A stretch of DNA of 64,000 nucleotides from a candidate division WOR-3 bacterium (GTDB taxonomy: Bacteria > Hydrothermota > Tepidihabitantia > Tepidihabitantales > Tepidihabitantaceae), in contig CBFGJV010000013.1 of assembly GCA_965649205.1 (NCBI GenBank), forward strand, positions 1 through 64,000. The letters run 5' to 3'. How positions within the stretch are numbered: the first letter of the stretch is position 1; every line of letters begins with the position of its first letter. Shown here piece by piece: positions 59,403 through 64,000 of this stretch. The notes beneath the pieces are model-generated. The model saw only the letters and a list, made by a program, of their open reading frames with translations. It did no database searches and had not been told where the DNA came from. The position numbers and the translations under genes are program-made.

Positions 59403-60134
59403 CTAGATGTTTGTTCTTGCCGAGTCTGTATAGTCTGGCTCGGGTTCGTGTGCTTTGTGTCCTTCCATGTAGGCGTTGGCTATCGTGCTTGTGACCAGCT
59501 TGATGGCGCGCAGAGCGTCGTCGTTGCCCGGAATGGGGTAATCTACCAATTCCGGGTCGCCATTGGTATCTATCAGGGCTATAACTGGCACTTTCATGCG
59601 GCGACATTCGGCAAGGGCGGTTTCTTCTCTCACCGGGTCAACAATGAAGACTGCGCCTGGTAGGCGGTCCATGGTTTTGACCCCGGAGAACATCTTGGCC
59701 AGTTTGCGGTATTCGCGCTGCAGAAGCAGAGCTTCCTTCTTTGTGGCCCCGCCGAAGTCAGATTCCGCTATCATACGTTCCAGCTCTGTCATTCTCACGA
59801 TACGTTTAGAGACTACTTCGAAGTTGGTCAGCAGACCGCCAATCCAGCGCTCGGTTATGTAGTAGGCACCGCAGCGTCTGGCCTCTTCTTCAATGATGGG
59901 GCGAGCCTGCTGTTTGGTACCTACAAAGAGCAGGTCCTGGCCGGACTCGGCGATATTTCGCACTGCATCGTAGGCGATACGAAGTCGTTCGAGAGTTTTC
60001 TCTAAGTCAATGATATAGATGCTGTTCTTCTTACCGAAGATGAATGGCTTCATCTTCGGATTCCACTTGCGGGAACGATGGCCGAAATGCAGTCCGGCCT
60101 CAAGTAATGTTTTCAGGTCTAACGTTTGGTCCAC
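59403..60134 (-). CDS. rpsB: 30S ribosomal protein S2
   Basis: LLEAGLHFGH...WNPKM, RWIGGLLTN, IPGNDDA. Confidence 0.97.
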   Translation of the reverse strand: MDQTLDLKTLLEAGLHFGHRSRKWNPKMKPFIFGKKNSIYIIDLEKTLERLRIAYDAVRNIAESGQDLLFVGTKQQARPIIEEEARRCGAYYITERWIGGLLTNFEVVSKRIVRMTELERMIAESDFGGATKKEALLLQREYRKLAKMFSGVKTMDRLPGAVFIVDPVREETALAECRRMKVPVIALIDTNGDPELVDYPIPGNDDALRAIKLVTSTIANAYMEGHKAHEPEPDYTDSARTNI

Positions 60135-60508
60135 TGGAAACGTTTCCTCCTTTTGGCAAGGCCATACTTCATACGTTCTTTTTCGCGCGGGTCTCTTTTC
60201 AACAGCTCCGCATCTTTCAGGGTCTTACGGAATTCTGGATTGGCTGCTACCAGTGCCCGGGCCGTGCCCAGAGCAACAGCATCAGCCTGCGCCGCCAAGC
60301 CCCCACCTGCCACCTGAGCACGCAGACCGAATTGGGAAAGAGTGTTGGTAGCATTGAGGGGAGCAAGGGCGTCTCGTACCAGATCGGCGCGACCGAAGTA
60401 TTGCTCACAGGGTCTGCCGTTGACTGTTATTTCGGTGCTTCCGGGAACCAGCCAGACTTTCGCCGTGGCGGTCTTGCGGGAGCCTGTGGCAAAGTATGTT
60501 TGATTCAT
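60119..60508 (-). CDS. rpsI: 30S ribosomal protein S9
   Basis: ATGSRKTATA, GGG..AQA.A, RDPREKER.KYG...QWTKR. Confidence 0.96.
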   Translation of the reverse strand: MNQTYFATGSRKTATAKVWLVPGSTEITVNGRPCEQYFGRADLVRDALAPLNATNTLSQFGLRAQVAGGGLAAQADAVALGTARALVAANPEFRKTLKDAELLKRDPREKERMKYGLAKRRKRFQWTKR

Positions 60509-60933
60509 AGTGTTATGGGTTTCGGGTTTTGGGCCTGGTGTTTATGCTCCGGTCCTGGGTAGATGTGCAGCCGGTTCATGCGGCGGGATTGCAGGCGGTT
60601 CTTGGGCAACATACGTTTGACGGCAAGTTCCAGAGGTCGGGTAGGAAATCGTGCTCGCATTTGACCGTAGGTTTCTGATTTCAGTCCGCCGGGATACATA
60701 CTGTGACGGTAGTACACCTTGTCAGTGACTTTCTTGCCTGTTACTACTATACCTGAGGCGTTTACTACAACCACGTGGTCGCCTGCGTCCACGTGCGGGG
60801 TATAGGTAGGCTTATGCTTGCCCATCAGGAGCCGGGCAATGCGCGAAGCCAGTCTGCCTAGAACCTGACCGTTGGCATCAACCAGGTGCCAGTTGCGGGT
60901 AACTTCTTCTTTTTTAGCTACAAACGTTTTCAT
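60505..60933 (-). CDS. rplM: 50S ribosomal protein L13
   Basis: WHLVDA...LGRLAS...GKHKPTYTPH, AVKRMLPKN. Confidence 0.97.
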   Translation of the reverse strand: MKTFVAKKEEVTRNWHLVDANGQVLGRLASRIARLLMGKHKPTYTPHVDAGDHVVVVNASGIVVTGKKVTDKVYYRHSMYPGGLKSETYGQMRARFPTRPLELAVKRMLPKNRLQSRRMNRLHIYPGPEHKHQAQNPKPITL

Positions 60934-61001
60934 TTACAACTTCCTTTTCGCATTCTGCAATACTGTCAAGGTGTTGACTCTGACCCTGACGATGAAGCCA
61001 C

Positions 61002-61029
61002 ATTATACGCATAATTGAGGTTGAATCAA
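61002..61029 (-). promoter_or_regulatory. rplM operon promoter
   Basis: Minus strand TTGATT-N16-TATAAT. Confidence 0.55.
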
Positions 61030-61088
61030 GATGATAGTAGCATAAGGAGAAGATATGGGCCTAAGGCTCAAAGAAGGGGGAGGACAGC

Positions 61089-62051
61089 TTAGGTGTGGCG
61101 TGCAGGCGCCGCAGAACTGTGGGTTTCCAGCCATTGCAGAATCTCCGAGACGCGTCCGTAGGCTAGGCCGATACAAGTGTCCGCAGCACCATAATAAAGG
61201 TAGATGGTGTCACCATCCGCTCCCAGGGTATAGCCGCAGGGAAAGACTACATCGCTCACATCCCCCTGACGTTCGTAATCCTCCAGAGGACCGAATATCC
61301 ACTCGTCGCCACGAGCTAGAACTCGACGGGGATCAGCATGGTCAAGCAGGGCTACGCCCAGTCGATAAAGACAGCCGGCCGCAGTCTGACGGACACCGTG
61401 GTAGAGCATCAGCCAGCCGCGCGGTGTTTCCACAAGGGGAGGGCCTAGTCCTATCTTGTTAGCATCCCACCAGGCACCGCGTCGGGCTGCCAGTAAGAGC
61501 TGGTGTCTGCCCCAGTGTACCAGGTCAGGAGATTCAGCCAGCCAGATGTCTGAACCCAGCCAGGTATGCGGACGGTGCAACATCAACCAGCGGCCATTAT
61601 AGCGTCTGGGAAGCAGGGCAGCGTCTTTGTCATCAGGAGGCATGACCACGCCCATGCGTTGGTAGGTGCGAAAGTCGGTGGTCAGAGCTAGGGATACGGC
61701 CGGCCCGGTTTCAGAGTAGGCCGTGTAGGTTACCGCATAGCACTGAAGTTCCTCCAGCCAGACAATTCTGGGGTCTTCCACACCCCAGGTTTCCTCCGGG
61801 TAGTTTTCAGGGTCGGGGACCAGAGAAGGCTGGGGATCAATGTGCCAGTTGGAGATGCCGTCGGCAGAGCGGGCCACCCAGAGGCAAGAGATGCCCCGTC
61901 GGTCCTCCACGCGGCACAAGAGCAGGGTGGTACCATCAGGGAGTTTCACCGCACCGGGGTTGAAAACAGCGTTTATGGTATGGGGCCAGTCTGCGGCAGT
62001 GAGTATCGGATTTCCCTCGTAACGTCGAAACAGCGGTTGCGGATTCTTCAT
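61089..62051 (-). CDS. GH130-family glycosidase/phosphorylase
   Basis: NPIL, VFNPGA, GVEDPR, DKDAAL, LHRP, YHG, VVFPCG, YYGAAD. Confidence 0.88.
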   Translation of the reverse strand: MKNPQPLFRRYEGNPILTAADWPHTINAVFNPGAVKLPDGTTLLLCRVEDRRGISCLWVARSADGISNWHIDPQPSLVPDPENYPEETWGVEDPRIVWLEELQCYAVTYTAYSETGPAVSLALTTDFRTYQRMGVVMPPDDKDAALLPRRYNGRWLMLHRPHTWLGSDIWLAESPDLVHWGRHQLLLAARRGAWWDANKIGLGPPLVETPRGWLMLYHGVRQTAAGCLYRLGVALLDHADPRRVLARGDEWIFGPLEDYERQGDVSDVVFPCGYTLGADGDTIYLYYGAADTCIGLAYGRVSEILQWLETHSSAAPARHT

Positions 62052-64000
62052 CTGTGTTCGGTTCCTCCTACAGTTTCGGCATAGCGCATGCTGAGCAGAG
62101 CGGCAAGAAACGCCAGGGTCGACTCGGCTCCTTCATTGGCATTGACTCCCTCGGTGTGCAAGCCGTCGTGACATCCACCAGTGGCGTAGTCGTAAAGCGG
62201 TCGCCCCAAGTCATTGCGACCTAAGAACCATTCAAACGCCAAAGTCATCTTTTCCCGCCAGTGCCGTTCCCCCGTAGCGAGCCAGGCCCGCAGGCAGGCT
62301 TCAACGGTGCACTGGGCTTCTATGGGCTGCTGATCAAAACGGGGTCGCTGTCCGGTGCGATGCCAGCCGGTATTGGGAACCGGGGCAAAGTGCCCCCCAG
62401 GAGCGGTCTGGATTTTCACCAGCCAAGCAAGCGATTCTAGTCCAACTGAGAGCATTTCTTCGTTACCCATATCCGCGCCGGCACGGATGAGAGCCTGACT
62501 CAGTCGCGCGTTAGCGTAGGCCAGCGACTGTTCGAACCAGGGCCAGTCGGGCGTGGCGTTTGCGCGGTAGAGCAGAAGCAGACGTTGAGCCAACGCTTCC
62601 CGGAAACGTCGGGCGGCGCTGGCTCCGGGAAACCGTTTGATATAGGAACAGGCGCCGAGCAGAGTGTAGGCCCAGGCGCGGGGGCTGGAAAACATTTCTA
62701 CCGCCGGCAGAGCTGCGTCAAACAGGTTGACCGCCCGGGCCACTATGCCTTCGTCTGTGGCAGCGCCAATGGCCGAACCCAGACTCCAAAGCGCCCGTCC
62801 GTGGGCGTCTTCCGAGCCGGCCTGTTCCAGCCAGCGTCGGTCGTAGGAGAGGAAATTCCGAAAGCGGCCATTCTCGCGGTTGAAGGCAAAGTCAACAAAG
62901 GCTAGATACCTGCAGGCCAGACGCCGCAGAAGCGCAGTATTCCGTTCCAGCTGCCAGGCACGCAGGGTGACAATCAGGGCCCGGCCATTGTCGTCGGTAG
63001 TGTAGCCTTCCTGCAGATTGGGTATGGTGTTGCGCGCATGCTGGATGATGCCGGTGTCATCAGAGAGTATGAGGAGATGGTGCAGATTGAGTTCCGGCAG
63101 TTCCATATCCAGCGGGTCTTCCACCGGAATCCGGTCCACATAGACCGGTTCTCGCAAACGTTCTTCTGCCGCACGCTGGAAGGTGTTGAGGTATTCGCGG
63201 GCCACTTCTTTCCAGACCATCTGGCGCCCGAAGGCATAGGCGCGCTTGCGCATAGCGTGCCGTTCTGCTTCGTTGGCAAACAGCTCTGTTACGGTTTCAG
63301 CCAGCGCTTCGGGGTCGCGGAAGGGAACAAGGCGGCCTCTGCCTTCGGCCAAAAGTTCCTCCGCGTACCAGTAAGGCGTAGATACCACGGCTTTGCCGGT
63401 GCCCAGAGAATAGGCCAGAGTGCCGGAGACTGCCTGGGCCGGATTCAGATAGGGCGTCACATAGATGTCCGCGGCGCCGAGGAAGCGGCAGAGTTCATCC
63501 AGTTCTACGAAGCGGTTGTGAAATATGACCCGGTCGTGGACTCCGGTTTCGCGGGCCAGCCGTTGCAGGCTGATGCGATACTCTTCTCCTTTCTGGCGTT
63601 TGACGTGGGGGTGAGTGACGCCGAGCACTAGATATACCACGTCAGGAAATCTCTGACTGATGGCGGGCAGCGCCTGGATCATATTCTCGATTCCCTTGTT
63701 GGGGGAAAGCAGGCCAAAGGTGAGTATTACCCTGCGTCCTTCCACTCCGAACAGGTCCTTGTAATAGTTCGGGTCAACAAAGGGCATATCCGGAATGCCG
63801 TGATGAATGAGGTCTATCTTCTCCGCAGGTACGGCGTAGATTTCCTCCAGAAACTGGCGGGAGCGTTCGCTCATAACCACGACCCGGTCGGACAGGCGGC
63901 ATATTTCCGCAAGCACGTTACGTTGCTGTTCGTCGGGCTCCTTGAGCACGGTGTGCAGAGTTGAGACCAGAGGCATATGCAAACGTCTCAGTGCCAAGAG
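62048..64000 (-). CDS. Partial glycosyltransferase family 4 with C-terminal glycosidase-like domain (5' end outside window)
   Basis: TFGLLSPNKGIE, VSGTLAY, STPYWYAEE, then DDTGIIQHA...YTTDDNGRAL...FDQQPIE...NEGAESTL. Confidence 0.85.
   Translation of the reverse strand, partial: LLALRRLHMPLVSTLHTVLKEPDEQQRNVLAEICRLSDRVVVMSERSRQFLEEIYAVPAEKIDLIHHGIPDMPFVDPNYYKDLFGVEGRRVILTFGLLSPNKGIENMIQALPAISQRFPDVVYLVLGVTHPHVKRQKGEEYRISLQRLARETGVHDRVIFHNRFVELDELCRFLGAADIYVTPYLNPAQAVSGTLAYSLGTGKAVVSTPYWYAEELLAEGRGRLVPFRDPEALAETVTELFANEAERHAMRKRAYAFGRQMVWKEVAREYLNTFQRAAEERLREPVYVDRIPVEDPLDMELPELNLHHLLILSDDTGIIQHARNTIPNLQEGYTTDDNGRALIVTLRAWQLERNTALLRRLACRYLAFVDFAFNRENGRFRNFLSYDRRWLEQAGSEDAHGRALWSLGSAIGAATDEGIVARAVNLFDAALPAVEMFSSPRAWAYTLLGACSYIKRFPGASAARRFREALAQRLLLLYRANATPDWPWFEQSLAYANARLSQALIRAGADMGNEEMLSVGLESLAWLVKIQTAPGGHFAPVPNTGWHRTGQRPRFDQQPIEAQCTVEACLRAWLATGERHWREKMTLAFEWFLGRNDLGRPLYDYATGGCHDGLHTEGVNANEGAESTLAFLAALLSMRYAETVGGTEHR

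Overview
This is a GC-rich bacterial chromosome segment. Several secreted proteins with FlgD/T9SS-like C-terminal domains and the gene order suggest an FCB-related lineage such as candidate phylum WOR-3 (inference). Most of the window is housekeeping: smc-ftsY, an ECF sigma/anti-sigma pair, mnmA, a his-cys-lys operon, trpB2, trmFO, rpsO-pnp, tRNA-Val, groES-groEL, folP-cdaA and rplM-rpsI-rpsB-tsf-pyrH-frr-uppS-cdsA. Two things in the first 3.5 kb stand out. (1) At 1-1301 is a tandem operon of at least four small paralogous helical proteins. The last aligns colinearly, by eye against a recalled sequence, with the SIRV2-type major capsid protein of archaeal filamentous A-form-DNA viruses (Adnaviria), yet no other viral genes are visible in the window. 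(2) At 1369-3414 (minus strand), two apparent ORFs are one reading frame interrupted by a single in-frame TGA in a U-x-x-C motif, followed by a bacterial SECIS-like hairpin, so it is a candidate secreted selenoprotein. Also found: unannotated His and Trp leader-peptide attenuators, many sigma70 promoters with 16-bp spacers feeding apparently leaderless mRNAs, a degenerate HisRS paired with a truncated HisG, and a HisA-HisF fusion. All homology calls are by eye, with no database searches.
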